The notes beneath the pieces were generated by a model. It was not told where the DNA came from. It worked only from the letters and a program-made list of their open reading frames with translations, and did no database searches. From Octopus sinensis (lineage: Eukaryota): 64,000 nucleotides of DNA. The stretch lies in NCBI RefSeq assembly GCF_006345805.1, contig NC_043002.1:119040001-119104000 (forward strand), given 5' to 3'. A program made the position numbers and the translations under genes. Position 1 is the stretch's first letter. Every line of letters begins with the position of its first letter. Shown piece by piece: positions 35,104-48,478 of this stretch.

Positions 35104-35666
35104 ATGATCCCTGGCTTACCATCCCTGCAAGAAGTGCAAAAGATTGTCTTAACTGGTACATCACACGTATTGAGAAGAGCATTGTCGATGTGAGAACTAT
35201 TACTACCCATGTATTTTAATTTAACTTAAAAAAAAAAAAATTAACAAACTAGTGAGTTTAGTTTAATAGCCTACCAATGTATACTATGAGTTTCTTTGCC
35301 CTAGGAATCGGGAAGACACTCGGCAAGAAATGGAAGCAAATTTGAAAGAAAAAAAAGATAATAATAATAATAATAATGAAAAGCAGGAAAAAAGGTCACA
35401 GGAATAAAGTCAACGGAATATACTCTTAACTTGGACGGGAGAGTTGCAAAACTGCAACGGAATATTTGTCTTAGTCATCAACATGAAAAATATTGTATAT
35501 GCATGTAATGCCACTATCTTATTGAAGGTGTTTTTCAATGTATATATGTATGTGTATTGTTAATAAAATGAGTGACTTAATTTGTTTTTAGTTGTCTTTC
35601 TTTGCATAAGAAATTGTATAAAAAGGTTTTGTTTTCACATATGTGTGATGCATACCATTATATATA

Positions 35667-35890
35667 AATTGGTTTCAAATGCTGACACAAGGTCAGAAAT
35701 TTCGCGGGGAGGGGGCCGTAATTCGATTACATCAACCCTAGTGCTCAACTGGTACTTATTTTATCGATCCTAAAAAAGATGAAAGGCAAAGTTGACCTTG
35801 GTAGAATTTGAACTTACGACATAGTAATGGATGAAATGCTGCTAAACATTTTGCGTGGGGTGCTAACGATTCTGCCAGCCCGCCGCCTTA
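35667..35890 (-). mobile_element. Family G SINE
   Basis: Match to the A/G core with the G-type tail. Confidence 0.75.
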
Positions 35891-35914
35891 GCATATATAT
35901 ATATATATATATAT

Positions 35915-36188
35915 ATCATCATCATCATCATCATTTAACGTCCATTTTCCATGCTAGCATGGGTTGGACGGTTCGACCAGGGTCTGGAAGCCATGTAGGC
36001 TGCTCCAGTCTGATTTGGCAGACTTTCTATGGATGGATGCCCTTCCTAACGCCAACCACTCCGTGAGTGTAGTGGGTGTATTTTACGTGCCACCGGCACA
36101 GGGGCCAGAGCATGCTGGCAAACGGCCACGATCGGTTGGTGCTTTTAAGTGTCACTGACATGGACGCCAGTCAGGCGGCGCTGGCATC

Positions 36189-36192
<4 letters not shown>
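35915..36192 (-). mobile_element. Family C copy (rightmost seen in the window)
   Basis: (CAT)n, core and units. Confidence 0.83.
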
Positions 36193-36219
<27 letters not shown>

Positions 36220-36972
36220 ATCAAAATAAGCAACAAAAATAACTTTGGTTATGGAAAACCCCTATTAATGGCTAATGATTGCTCAACATTTTAAAACTGT
36301 TGTAATATTTACAACATTTAATAAAATGATGTAGCGTGAAACGATCGTACCAAATTACCAAAGTTATTCTTGTTGCTTATTTTGATTATAATCCCCCCAT
36401 GGATTTATATGGATAACACCATACAAAATTATGGTGCATCTAACTTAAGTACCATATTCATTTGAATCTAAATTTTGCTGAACTTATATATATATATATC
36501 TGACTACATGAGTTGTGTACAAAGCATATATATATATATATGTATATAGTTTGTACACAACTCATGTAATCAGACAATAACAGATTTAAACTATTTTTTT
36601 GTTTTATTACTTCAGTTGTTTATAACATTTAAATAAACTGTGACTTTTTCTTGTCACTTTTTTACTTGCTAAATTTGTGACATTTTCTGTGACTTTTTCC
36701 CCGGATACCAAGTCAGATATTCAACAGCATAGTGACATCTCCAGACTTGCTTATGTCTCAAAGGATCTTCACATCGAAGTAAAGTGTAACCATTATTACT
36801 GGCCCCAGCGTGACTGGAGTGTTTTATGAATGAACACCGAGTAGCTTCATAAATTAAAAGAATGACTGAAAAAAATAAATATGAAAATTTATTTATTTTT
36901 TTCACACATCTTAGACCTGATTATTTTCGCAGTATGAACGATGGAATAAGTGATATTTTTTTGAACTGGGTG

Positions 36973-37353
36973 GATGCACTCCGTCGGTTACGATGATGAG
37001 GGTTCTGGTTGATCCGAATCAACGGAACAGCCTGCTTGTGAAATTAACATGCAAGTGGCTGAGTACTCCACAGACACGTGCACCCTTAATGTAGTTCTCG
37101 TGGATATTCAGCGTGACACAGAGAGTGACAAGGCCGGCCCTTTGAAATACAGGTACAAAAGAAACAGGAAGTAAGAGTGAGTGAAAGTTGTGGTGAAAGA
37201 GTACAGCAGGGATCACCACCATCCCTGCCGGAGCCTCGTGGAGCTTTAGGTGTTTTCGCTCAATAAACACTCACAACGCCCGGTCTGGGAATCGAAACCA
37301 CGATTCTATGACTGCGAGTCCGCTGCCCTAACCACTGGGCCATTGCACCTCCA
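36973..37353 (-). mobile_element. SINE family B
   Basis: Full-length match. Confidence 0.87.
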
Positions 37354-37756
37354 CTTTATTTGAACTAACGCTTACCACAACTATGCTTATATCAACAAGG
37401 TAACTTCCAAGTTTGAACTTGATCTGATCAAATGGCTGTTAAACTTTCCTTATTGGCTTAAAAAAAATTAAGGACACATTTTATAATGTAGTCCTAGATA
37501 AACTAGTCCTTAAAAAAGAATATGTATTGGTCATGTCTGTGATGCTTTTTATCATGGGTAGGAACAATAACAATATATATTTCTGAATTTCACTTGTCTG
37601 ATATGCGACTTGATCTGGAACTGTGTGTTAGGACAAAAAACATTTGTACCGTGGTACAACTCATTGTAGCTATTAAAACACACAATTTATAAGGAATATA
37701 ACTTTATATCTTAAATTGAGCGACAATCTATCAATGAAAAAAAAAAGATAGAAGTT

Positions 37757-37819
37757 ACCACACAAACACACACACACATGCATACACACACACGCACACA
37801 CGCACGCACGCGCGCACTA

Positions 37820-37858
<39 letters not shown>

Positions 37859-38119
37859 TGCATGCACACACATGCATACACACACACACACACTAACACA
37901 CACACACACAACACACACACACACACACACACTAACACACACACACACACTAACACACACACACACTAACACACACACACACACACACACTAACACACAC
38001 ATACACACTGACACACACACACACACTAACACACACACACACACACTAATACACACACACTAACACACACACACACACAACACACACTAACACACACACA
38101 AACTAACACACACACACAC

Positions 38120-38164
<45 letters not shown>
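37757..38164. repeat. (CA)n microsatellite with CTAA interruptions
   Basis: Directly visible. Confidence 0.97.
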
Positions 38165-38167
<3 letters not shown>

Positions 38168-38261
38168 TTCTCATTGCCTTTCAAAGCTCTTAGTTTGATG
38201 TTGAGGTGATTAAAGTTCTTAGGCTTTCAAGTACTCTGAGAGTGACTGAGATTGTTACAAT

Positions 38262-38621
38262 AGGAGCACTCCGTCGGTTGCGACGATGAGGGTCCCAGCT
38301 GATACGATCAACGGAACAGCTTGCTCATGATATTAACGTGCAAGTGGCTGAGCACTCCACAGACACGTGCACCCTTAACGTAGTTCTCGAGGAGATTCAG
38401 CATGACACAGAGTGTGACAAGGCCGGCCCTTTGAAATACAGGTACAACAGAAACAGGAATTAAGAGTGAGAGAAAGTTGTGGTGAAAGAGTACAGCAGGG
38501 TTCACCCCCCTGGCCGGTGTTTTCGCTCAATAAACACTCACAATCCCCGGTCTGGGAATCGAAACCGCGATCCTCCGACCGCGAGTCCGCTGCCCTAACC
38601 ACTGGGCCATTGCGCCCCCAC
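38262..38621 (-). mobile_element. SINE family B (internal deletion)
   Basis: Match to family B. Confidence 0.85.
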
Positions 38622-38882
38622 TGATTGTTACACTAACTGAAGTTACGAGGAAATCATGAAGTGAGGACAGACTTCATTCTGAGCATTGTGTCATGCTCTC
38701 TCTCTCTCTCTCACACACACACTCTCTCTCTCTCTCTCTCTCTCTCACACTAGAAACTTTGTACTGAATTCGCAAAAAATTCTTTCATATGATTTTGGCG
38801 GTGATACTGATACATATGAAGCGCATGTATCAAATCAATTATTGGTAAAGAAATAAATGCAGTCTATGCATTCATATATGGG

Positions 38883-39019
38883 CATAGGAACGGGAACAAA
38901 ATTAGTTTAGGGGGTTCAAATCCAGGTCCAACCCATGATATTCAAAGCGTTTTCATTGCCCGCCAAAAATTTTAGGGGGTGCACTTGCATCCACTGCACC
39001 TCCTGTTCCCGAACTTATG
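38883..39019. mobile_element. Small hAT-type MITE
   Basis: Imperfect TIR cataggaacgggaac / gttcccgaacttatg; 8-bp TSD tatatggg / tatatgga. Confidence 0.72.
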
Positions 39020-39082
39020 TATATGGAGAAGGCGCATATCATTACCTTCTTATTTTAGCAAGGAAATCTTAAGACAAGTATA

Positions 39083-39492
39083 CTCTCTTTACTCTTTTAC
39101 TCTTTTACTCGTTTCAGTCAGTTGATTGCGGCCAGGCCATGCTGGAGCACTGCCTTTAGTCGAGCAACTCGACCCCGGGACTTATTCTTTGTAAGCCCAG
39201 TACTTATTCTATCGGTCTCTTTTTGCCAAACCGCTAAGTGACAGGGACGTAAACACACCAGCATCAGTTGTCAAGCAATGCTAGGGGGACAAACACACAC
39301 ACACATATACACATATATACATATATACGACAGGCTTCTTTCAGTTTCCGTCTACCAAATCCACTCACAAGGCATTGGTCGGCCCGAGGCTATAATAGAA
39401 GACACTTGCCCAAGATGCCACGCAGTGGGACTGAACCCAGAACCATGTGGCTGGTTAGCAAGCTACTTACCACACAGCCACTCCTGCGCCTA
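39083..39492 (-). mobile_element. SINE family D
   Basis: Full-length match. Confidence 0.87.
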
Positions 39493-39599
39493 TGCGTAAA
39501 GATTTGAACTTAAAACTGCAAGATGCCGTCCATCTTATGACGATCAAGCCAGCGTAGTTCCTCAGTAATCTTTTTATTCACCTTTAAAATCTCGAAGGT

Positions 39600-39846
39600 A
39601 TTAACTGAAATTAGTTTGTTATCATTAACATTCCATAATATGAGTGGATACTGAAAATTTAAAGGGGTCGTGAAAGATCTGGTTGGAGGCACAAACTTCC
39701 GTTCTTTCATAGGGCTTAGAAAAATTGAAGGACCGCTGCAATAAGTGTGTGAATCTGAGAGGGGATATGTTGAATAAAATCATAATTAACTGATCCTTTT
39801 TATTATCATTTATCCAACGGCAGGAACTTTTCAGCTCCCCTTCGTA
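39600..39846 (+). mobile_element. Mariner transposase C-terminal relic and right end
   Basis: WLEAQTS...GLEKLKDRCNKCVNLRGD resembles the mariner GIxKLxxRWxKCVxxxGDYVE end; terminus ...cccttcgTA. Confidence 0.7.
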
Positions 39847-39903
39847 CATTTAAAAATCACTGAGGTAGGAGATGAGACGGTTCAAGGGCAGCAACCCACT
39901 ATA

Positions 39904-40304
39904 TCTTTATATATAAAAGAGAGGTTGTGTGCTGTCTGTCTCCTACGATTTAGATTCCTAACTACTCCCACATTTTGCGGTGCAGTTTAACCAAAACCGG
40001 GTATCTTATAGTCGTGATTCATATCGAGCCCTTCTGGGTATTAGCGCGCGTCTACGATGAGTCTACGATTTAAAAAAAAAATTACCATCAATTTTTTTCC
40101 ATTTTAATGCATTTTTTCGCTATTATATAAGGGAAGTAACTCTCTAAAAATGTCAACGATGAGTTAACGATTAAAAAAAAAATTACCATCATTTTTTTTC
40201 CATTTTTAATGCATTTTTTTGCGATTTTTTGGCTATAACTCTCTAAAAATGGTTATATAGTTATTTCCCTTACAAACCCGAGCAACGCCGGGCGATACTG
40301 CTAG
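39904..40304 (+). mobile_element. Non-autonomous Helitron (H5)
   Basis: A|TC ... hairpin ... CTAG|T. Confidence 0.88.
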
Positions 40305-40594
40305 TAGTTTATAAACGAAACAAAGCTATCAAGCATTAGACCTAAACACCTGGCAATCTCGCCATTCTTAATTCAGACTCACTTACGCTTCAATCAATCA
40401 ATTAAACTTAATGAATACTTAATGAATTTCTTGTGTAACAGAAATCAAATCTAAAGGAGATAATTACATTTTCCTCGTTTATATTTATTTGTGTATTGTT
40501 TCATAAATCAAGACCACACGGATCATGTAATAAAGTAAGGGAAGTAACTTAAATTTATTAGTTGCGTCCCTTAGACGATTTTCTCTTATTGATA

Positions 40595-40765
40595 AACAGT
40601 AGTCCTGCCACATAGGTAGGTGTAAGGGTTTTGTGGGCAAATCTGCATGCAATCTTATAAAGCGGCCTTCGATTTCCGGGAGAAAGGGTACCGGGGCTCT
40701 TAAGGCAACAGCAGAAGCAGCTGAGAAGAGTTCTAATTAGATCTGGTCAAGGAGGAATGGAAGTG
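40595..40765 (+). mobile_element. HERO/NeSL-like LINE restriction-like endonuclease relic
   Basis: (E)VGxRGFVGKSACNLIKR...ALKATAEAAEKSSN*IWSRR, with a frameshift. Confidence 0.6.
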
Positions 40766-40819
40766 AATTATGGTCAACTTGCATTTTCGACTGAACTAGT
40801 TACAACACATAAGATACCT

Positions 40820-41052
40820 ATTTCTTTATTACCCACAAGGGGCTAAACATAGAGGGGACAAACAAGGACAGACATAGGTATTAAGTCGATTACATCAACC
40901 CCAGTGCGTAACTGGTACTTAATTTATCGACCCCGAAAGGATGAAAGGCAAAGTCGACCTCAGCGGAATTTGAACTCAGAACGTAACGGCAGCCGAAATA
41001 CGGCTACGCATTTCGCCCGACGTGCTAACGTTTCTGCCAGCTCGCCGCCATA
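40820..41052 (-). mobile_element. SINE family A
   Basis: 19-bp TSD tacaacacataagatacct at 40801-40819 and 41053-41071. Confidence 0.9.
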
Positions 41053-41534
41053 TACAACACATAAGATACCTTGGATCTAGGCACCTTAACGATCCAGAAG
41101 GGTTGCAATGTAGACAACAGCACAGAATGCGGCAGCAGAGGAGTGTCAAGGAATCATGAGCCGAATGCAGCCTCTAAGCTTGTAAAGGAGGAGTTAAAGG
41201 CAGTAACACTTGCCTAAAGTCATCTCTGAAGATCTTATGCTGTTCAGCTCACCCTGGAATTTCATATTTCTTTCGCTATTTTTATATTTGCAATTTCCGT
41301 AGAAGTTAACCGTCTCGGAGCAGAACAAGTGATTGTATCGGTCATGTCATTTTCAATGCGGTGAATTAGCAGAAATTTTACAGGGTAGGAAAAAATGTCT
41401 TGCCATTGGTGAATTGGCGGACATTGTTGGAAAGTTGGACGAGATACATTGCGTTTCTGTGTAGAGTAGATTTAATCAGTTGCTCGGCTTAACATTATTA
41501 CTTTTGTCTTTGAGTGTCTAAGTGTCTTTTACTT

Positions 41535-41785
41535 TACCCTTTATCTTTTGTTTGTTTCAGTCATTTGATTGCGGCCATACTGGGGTACCGCATTGAAGGG
41601 TTTTAGTCGAATAAATCGACCCAAGAGTTACTTTTTTTTTAAAGCACAGGGCTTTTTTTATTAGTATTTTTTTGCCGATCCACCAACTTACGCGGACATA
41701 AAGACAGCAACACCGGTTGCCAAGCAGTGGTGCCGGGGACAAACACAGGAACACACACACACAGACACACACACACAGACATCTA
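41535..41785 (-). mobile_element. SINE family D, 3' half, diverged
   Basis: tttcagtcatttgattgcggcc tail. Confidence 0.7.
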
Positions 41786-43528
41786 TATATCATTCAACTA
41801 CGGTAGTAGTTGAATAACATTCTTAAGGCCGCAATTTACTCACATGTAGCATCTTTCGGAGCTTGTCGCTAATTCAGTTCTCGACCAAATTGAAAACTGA
41901 TAACATTTTTGAAGAGGACTGGTCCCTAGCTACATTTTGGCATTAAAAAAATTGAGATTTGATCCAGTAGAAAAAGGTTTACATCAAAATTTGTAGCAAC
42001 GTTACAGGAGAGTAAGTAACACCTCCAATCAAGTATAGATCTAAATAACTTTTGTATTTTAAAAGCAAAATATATTTATCTTAGCTTCAGTGATAAAAGA
42101 AAGCATGAGGAATTTCATTGTTTTGGTCCCATGCAATAAAAAATTGTATCAAAAAAGTTATGAGGTAAAATATCATGAAAAAAATATAAGTGAGGCAAAA
42201 AATTGGATTAAAGTTTAATTAACTTTTATACTTATAAAAAAACAAACTATATTTTAATTAAGCTTAAATGATAGAGTTCAATTCGAGGAATTTCATGGTA
42301 TCAATCTCATGCAATGAAGTTTCAAAAGAAATAAGTTATGAGTGTTTGTTACTCAAATTTGAGGGTGATGATATAGTTCTATACTTTTTTATGAATATAA
42401 TTTTATAAGGGGACTTTTTATATATGTCACCGAAATCATTGAGATGAGGAAAAAATTATTAACGACACCAGTAATAGACACATTTGACACATTATTAATT
42501 AGTATAATAGCGTATCCTGGAAAACTCATGGATTACATGGAAAAAAGAATATACTTTCTCTTGCTCGCATTTTCCCATGTAACATACATACATACATACA
42601 TACATACATACATAAATACATACAACCCCCAATATATTTTTTAAAATCTTTAATATGCATAAAGCAGAAGCATAAACTTTGTGGATTAAATTCAGCTTTG
42701 ACATTAAGTTTGGAATTTCTCTTTTGGATTTTAAAATTGAATTTGTTCGCGTTACGTGGATGTACAAAGTAATAACTATATTATGATTGACTGATTTATA
42801 TACTTATACGCATGTAATTTATATGCGCATGTATATATATATATGTATATATAAAAAAAAAAATAAATAAATTAAATAATAATAAATATATATATATATA
42901 TATATATATATTTAAAATTTATAAGTTTAATTTATTAATTTAAATAATTTTTAAAAATTTTAACTTTAATTTAAATATTTTAATTGGATTTTTATATTTC
43001 ATATTTTTTATATTTTTTAAATTAATTTTATTTCTATGTATTGGCTTATGATTTTCACTGTTTGATTTGCCTAATAGTGGTTTTATCTCCAATTTAATAT
43101 AATAATATATATATATATATATATATATATTGAACCTTGTATTGTGAATTTTTGATATGTTAGTAGACATTAGTATAGTATGTATGATCAGTTGAAGATT
43201 ATCGTTAAAGCAATAATATTGTTGTTACTGATAAACATAATAGTGTATATATGTTCTAATGTATTTACATAAATATACGATGCATGGTATATCCAATGTA
43301 ATATATTGTTCAATGGTGTTCGTTAATGTATTTTGCGCATGTGAATAGTATGTACGCTTTGCTTATGTATGCATATGTATGTATATATGTATTTTTATAT
43401 ATTTATATATATATATATATATGCATATTTGGATATTTGTTTATTGTTTATTTGTATATATTAAGTAATACGTGCAACATGTTTAGTATATTAATATTAT
43501 TATTATATTTTAAAGTTATTTATAACCT

Positions 43529-43656
43529 CTGACGAGGCCTATGCTTCTTTTAACATATAAGTATTATATTTTTTAAATGCCTACAACCCTAGTATGTTGA
43601 CATCTATAGGCAATGGAAATTAGATTCACTTTTGACCATAGGCTGAAACAGCTGTA
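43529..43656 (+). ncRNA. Penelope-type hammerhead ribozyme motif
   Basis: CTGACGA core, stem II GGCCTATG/CATAGGCT, GAAAC-AGCT-GTA; stem I only 2 bp. Confidence 0.6.
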
Positions 43657-44034
43657 AGAAGTAATTTTTAGGATTTCATTAATTTATAATACGTCTTTTA
43701 AAATCTGTATTTGCATTATTATCTTATCTATTGATTTATATAATATTTTTGTATGCTTTTGATGTCCTCATTTGTAAAATGAATAAATAATCTAACATTA
43801 TATTAGCCATAAGTTGATGAACAAACTAAATTTGTTTCTCCATTTTCTTATTTGTATTATAAATTTACGGTAAAAATATTTCTTTACCTTCACCCGATTA
43901 ATACAATAAATGACTTAATTGCATTGCAATTAAAAACATTTATGTATTAAGAATTTGGGTACTTTACCAACAGTATATTGGATAAATGATATCCCATAGT
44001 GGGTTACAGCCATAACCCCTATCTTACTTTGTAC

Positions 44035-44066
<32 letters not shown>

Positions 44067-44764
44067 ATATATATTCATAATACAGGATTTGGTTGGCAGA
44101 CATCTGCTGGAGGTGCCATACAGTGGTTCTGAACCCGAAACTTTGTGGTTTGGAAGCAAGCTTCTTACCACACAGCCACACCTGCGTCTTGCAAGCTCTT
44201 TTATGCAAAGTGTATTCAATTGCAAGCATTCCGATTCAGTTTTCTGGTTTGAGAATAACATACCCTCTTCCTCCCTCTAGTTTCTGATGCCTTGTAAAAA
44301 AATATGTCATGGATGCTGCCCTTCTCTCTCCCACTAGGAACCCTTTTCCAGTTTTATATAAATAATGTAAAATAAAATAGCACGAAGGGATTAGATGTGA
44401 AATGTCTACAACTAACAGTTTAACTTGCTCAGGGTGGGGAACCAGTAACCGTTACCTTCGTAGTCCCTCTTGGGCTGGTTAGACTCAGGCAATGGAAACA
44501 TTTGCAACTCGGTGTCCACAGTTGCAATGTATATAATAAGATAAGCGAAAGCTTGATCTGAATGCTTTCAACAGAATTGGAGTGATATGAAATTTGTAAA
44601 ATAAGATGAGTTAGTGACCTGTGAAGAGAGGTGTGTGTCATGATGTTTTGGACAAAACGCTTCAGAAAAAATAATCGAGGAATGTGGTGGAAAGTTGTAA
44701 ATAAAGTTGAAAAATGTAAGAGATAATTGACTGACATGAAATAAAGTTGAACAAAATATTTAGA

Positions 44765-45333
44765 ATATTCTTTTCTACTCTAGGAACAAGGCCCGAAATT
44801 TTTGGTGAGAGGGCCAGTCGATTAGATCGACCTCATTATGCAACTGGTATTTAATTTAACGGCCCTGAAAGGTAAAGTCGACCTCGGTGGAATTTGAGTG
44901 TAAAGACAGACGAAATACCTATTTCTTTTCTACCCACAAGGGGCTACACACAGAGGACAAACAAGGACAGACAAAAGGATTAAGTCGTTTATATCGACCC
45001 CCAGTGCGTAACTGGTACTTATTTAATCGACCCCGAAAGGATGAAAGGCAAAGTGACCTCGGCGGAATTTGAACTCAGAACGTAGTGGCAGGCAAAATAC
45101 CTATTTCTTTACTACCCACAAGGGGCTAAACATAGAGTGGACAAACAAGGACAGACAAACGGATTAAGTCGATTACATTGACCCCAGTGCATAACAGGTA
45201 CTTAATTTATCGACCCCCGAAAGGATGAAAGGCAAAGACGACCTCGGCGGAATTTGAACTCAGAACGTAACAGCAGACGAAATACGGCTATGCATTTCGC
45301 CCGGTGTGCTAACGCTTCTGCCAGCTCGCCGCC
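44765..45333 (-). mobile_element. Tandem SINE A/G multimer (one head, three bodies)
   Basis: Junctions aaatac|ctatttc at about 44914 and 45095. Confidence 0.82.
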
Positions 45334-45887
45334 GTAAAATGTTTAGAATATTGAATGAAGAATAATCACCTCTTCAGAATTACAAAGTTGTATAATGAAG
45401 TACTAGAAGCGATTAAACGATACGTAAACCCATTTCAGGTAGCATGCATATTCACACACACACAAATATGCGATTAATGATTTTGATTCCGAAATATATA
45501 GTATATTTTTGTGGGTATTTATATAAAGCATGAATGTGTTTCCTTTATCCATTAATCTTTTCCTATTTCGTTTAGCTTTGATATACGGTGTAGTCCATAA
45601 TTCATCTATATTATATAAAGTTCCTGACCCTTCCACAGTAGACGATCAATGAGGGAAAATTTGTCACAATTATGCTCCCCGGGTAAGGATCCGACATTAT
45701 TACCACAGTGCTAGAGGTAAGTACCTGAAGAATGGGGATTGGAGTGGAGATGAGACACGATCAGGATGGAGTAGAAGTGTGTGCAGTGGGTGGTGGGGCG
45801 GCGAAAATTGGGGCTGGGAGAGGGTGGTCAATCTTAAAAATATGTATTGACATGTACATGTATGTGCATGTATGTATTTTTATGAAA

Positions 45888-46297
45888 TCTTTATATATAA
45901 AAGTGAGGTTGTGTGCTGTCTGTCTCCTACGATTTAGATTCCTAACTACTCCCACGTTTTGCGGTGCAGTTTAACCAAAACCGGGTATCTTATAGTCGTG
46001 ATTAATATCGATCCCTTCTGGGTATTAGCGCGCGTCTACGATGAGTCTACGATTTTGAAAAAGATTTACCATCATTTTTTCACATTTTAATGCATTTTTT
46101 CGCTATTATATAAGGGAAATAACTCTCTAAAAATGTCTACGATGAGTCAACGATGAGTCAACGATTTAAAAAAAAATTACCATAATTTTTTTCCATTTTT
46201 AATGCATTTTTTTGCTATTTTTTGGCTATAACTCTCTAAAAATGCTTATATGGTTATTTCCCTTACAAACCCGAGCAACGCCGGGCGATACTGCTAG
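45888..46297 (+). mobile_element. Non-autonomous Helitron (H6)
   Basis: A|TC ... hairpin ... CTAG|T. Confidence 0.88.
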
Positions 46298-46994
46298 TAT
46301 ATTATATGTGGAAAACCTTGTACTGAACTTTCAAACTGTGATGATGGTAAATACTCATGGTAGGAGCTTGTACGTTTGTATTCATCATGCGGACAATGAA
46401 CATAAATCTTGAAAGCTTCCAAGTACGTATCGCCGTTCATGTGGGCAGGGTCGGAAAATCTCGCTTTTACAGTTTAGTTAGATATCCGAGTGAAGAAAGC
46501 TCTTTAGCGTAAATCTTTTCGCTACGAAGTAGAGCCTGCACCTCCTACTGCTATCGAAGTAAGCTTATTACATACAAACACACACATGCATATACATATC
46601 CACACATTTTTAAGACTGTTCACCCTTCCCCATCCTCATTTTCCCTCTCCACTGGACACACGTATATTCTATACCACCCACACCTTAGCTCCAACCTCAT
46701 TCTGCTGGTACTCACCCTACACTGTTGTGACACTGATTCTTACTGAAGAAGTGTAACTATGACAAAATTCTTCTCCTGAATTTCTCCCACACGTATTTTA
46801 GTTTTTGTTCTGGTTTTTACCAATACCCACAATCCGAATAGGACACATCCCGACCTCCTGTAGCAGAAGGCCGTCACCATACACTTTCTACAAGCTCTCC
46901 TGATGAGTGCCGAGATTGTTGCTTTTTACATGCTTATGTGTATGAAACCGATTGGTAAAATCGGTTGAAATGGGCCTAATAATACTGTATTGTA

Positions 46995-47212
46995 TAAATA
47001 TGGATCTCAAATTTTGACACAAGGCAAGCAATTTCGAGGCAGGGGTTAAGATCACATCAACTCCAGTACTCAACTGGTACTTACTTTATCGACTCCGAAA
47101 GGATGAAAAGCAAAATCGACTTCGGTGGAATTTGAACTCAGAACATAAAAACAGATGAAATGCCGTTAAGTATTTTGTCTGGTGTGCTGACGATTCTGCT
47201 TGCCCACTGCTT
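46995..47212 (-). mobile_element. Family G SINE
   Basis: Match to the A/G core. Confidence 0.72.
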
Positions 47213-47235
47213 TACTGTATTGTCTAAATATTAAT

Positions 47236-47454
47236 ATGCATCCATCCATCCATACATCCATACATAAATACAAGCATGCTTACACATATATGCAAGCATA
47301 CATACATACATACACACATACATACATACATACATACATACATACACACATACATACATACATATATACATATATACATACATACATATATACATACATA
47401 TATACATACATATATACATACATATATGCATACATACATACATACATGCATACA

Positions 47455-47488
<34 letters not shown>

Positions 47489-48445
47489 CATATATACATA
47501 CATACATATATACATACATATATACATACATATATACATACATACATGCATACATACATACAAACATACATACATACATATATACATATATACATACATA
47601 CATATATACATACATATATACATACATATATGCATACATACATACATATATGCATACATACATACATACATGCATACATATATACATATATACATACATA
47701 CATATATACATACATATATACATACATATATGCATACATACATATATACATAGTGAAGGCGCGTGGCTCAGTGGTTAGAGCGTCGAGCTTACGATCGTGA
47801 GGTTGTAAGTTCGAATCCCGGACCGGGCTGCGTGTTGTGTTCTTGAGCAAGACACTTTATTTCACGTTGCTCCAGTTCACTCAGCTGTAGAGATGAGTTG
47901 CGACGTCACGGGTGCCAAGCTGTATCGGCCCCTTTGCCTTTCCCTTGGACAACATCGGTGACATGGAGAGGGGAGGCCGGTATGCATGGGCGACTGCTGG
48001 TTTTCCATAAAAAAAAACAACCTTGCCCAGACTTGTGCCTCAGAGGGTAACTCTCTAGGTGCAAACCCATGGTCAGTGTCTGACCGAAGGAGGTCATTAT
48101 CATTATCATTACATACATACATACATGCATGCATGCTTGCATGCATACATACATACATACATACATACATACATACATACATACATACATACATACATAC
48201 ATGCAAGCATACATACATACATATATGCATACATACATACATACATGTATACATATATACATACATACATACATACTTACATACATACATACACACATAC
48301 ATACATACATAAATACATTACATGCATACATACATACATAAATACATTACATACATACATAAATACATTACATGCATACATACATACATACATACACACA
48401 CACATACATGCATACATTACATGCATACATACATACATACATACA

Positions 48446-48478
<33 letters not shown>

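Noticed and set aside
36669-36905. 78-aa ORF as a protein-coding gene
   Set aside because: No recognisable family; begins in intron-like T-rich sequence; better treated as a possible UTR exon.
45403-45716. 77-aa minus ORF and a plus-strand 78-nt exon-like segment
   Set aside because: No homology recognised; the plus segment has stops in all three frames.
47757-47830. Possible tRNA gene
   Set aside because: Anticodon and acceptor stems pair poorly and the sequence runs into a SINE core.
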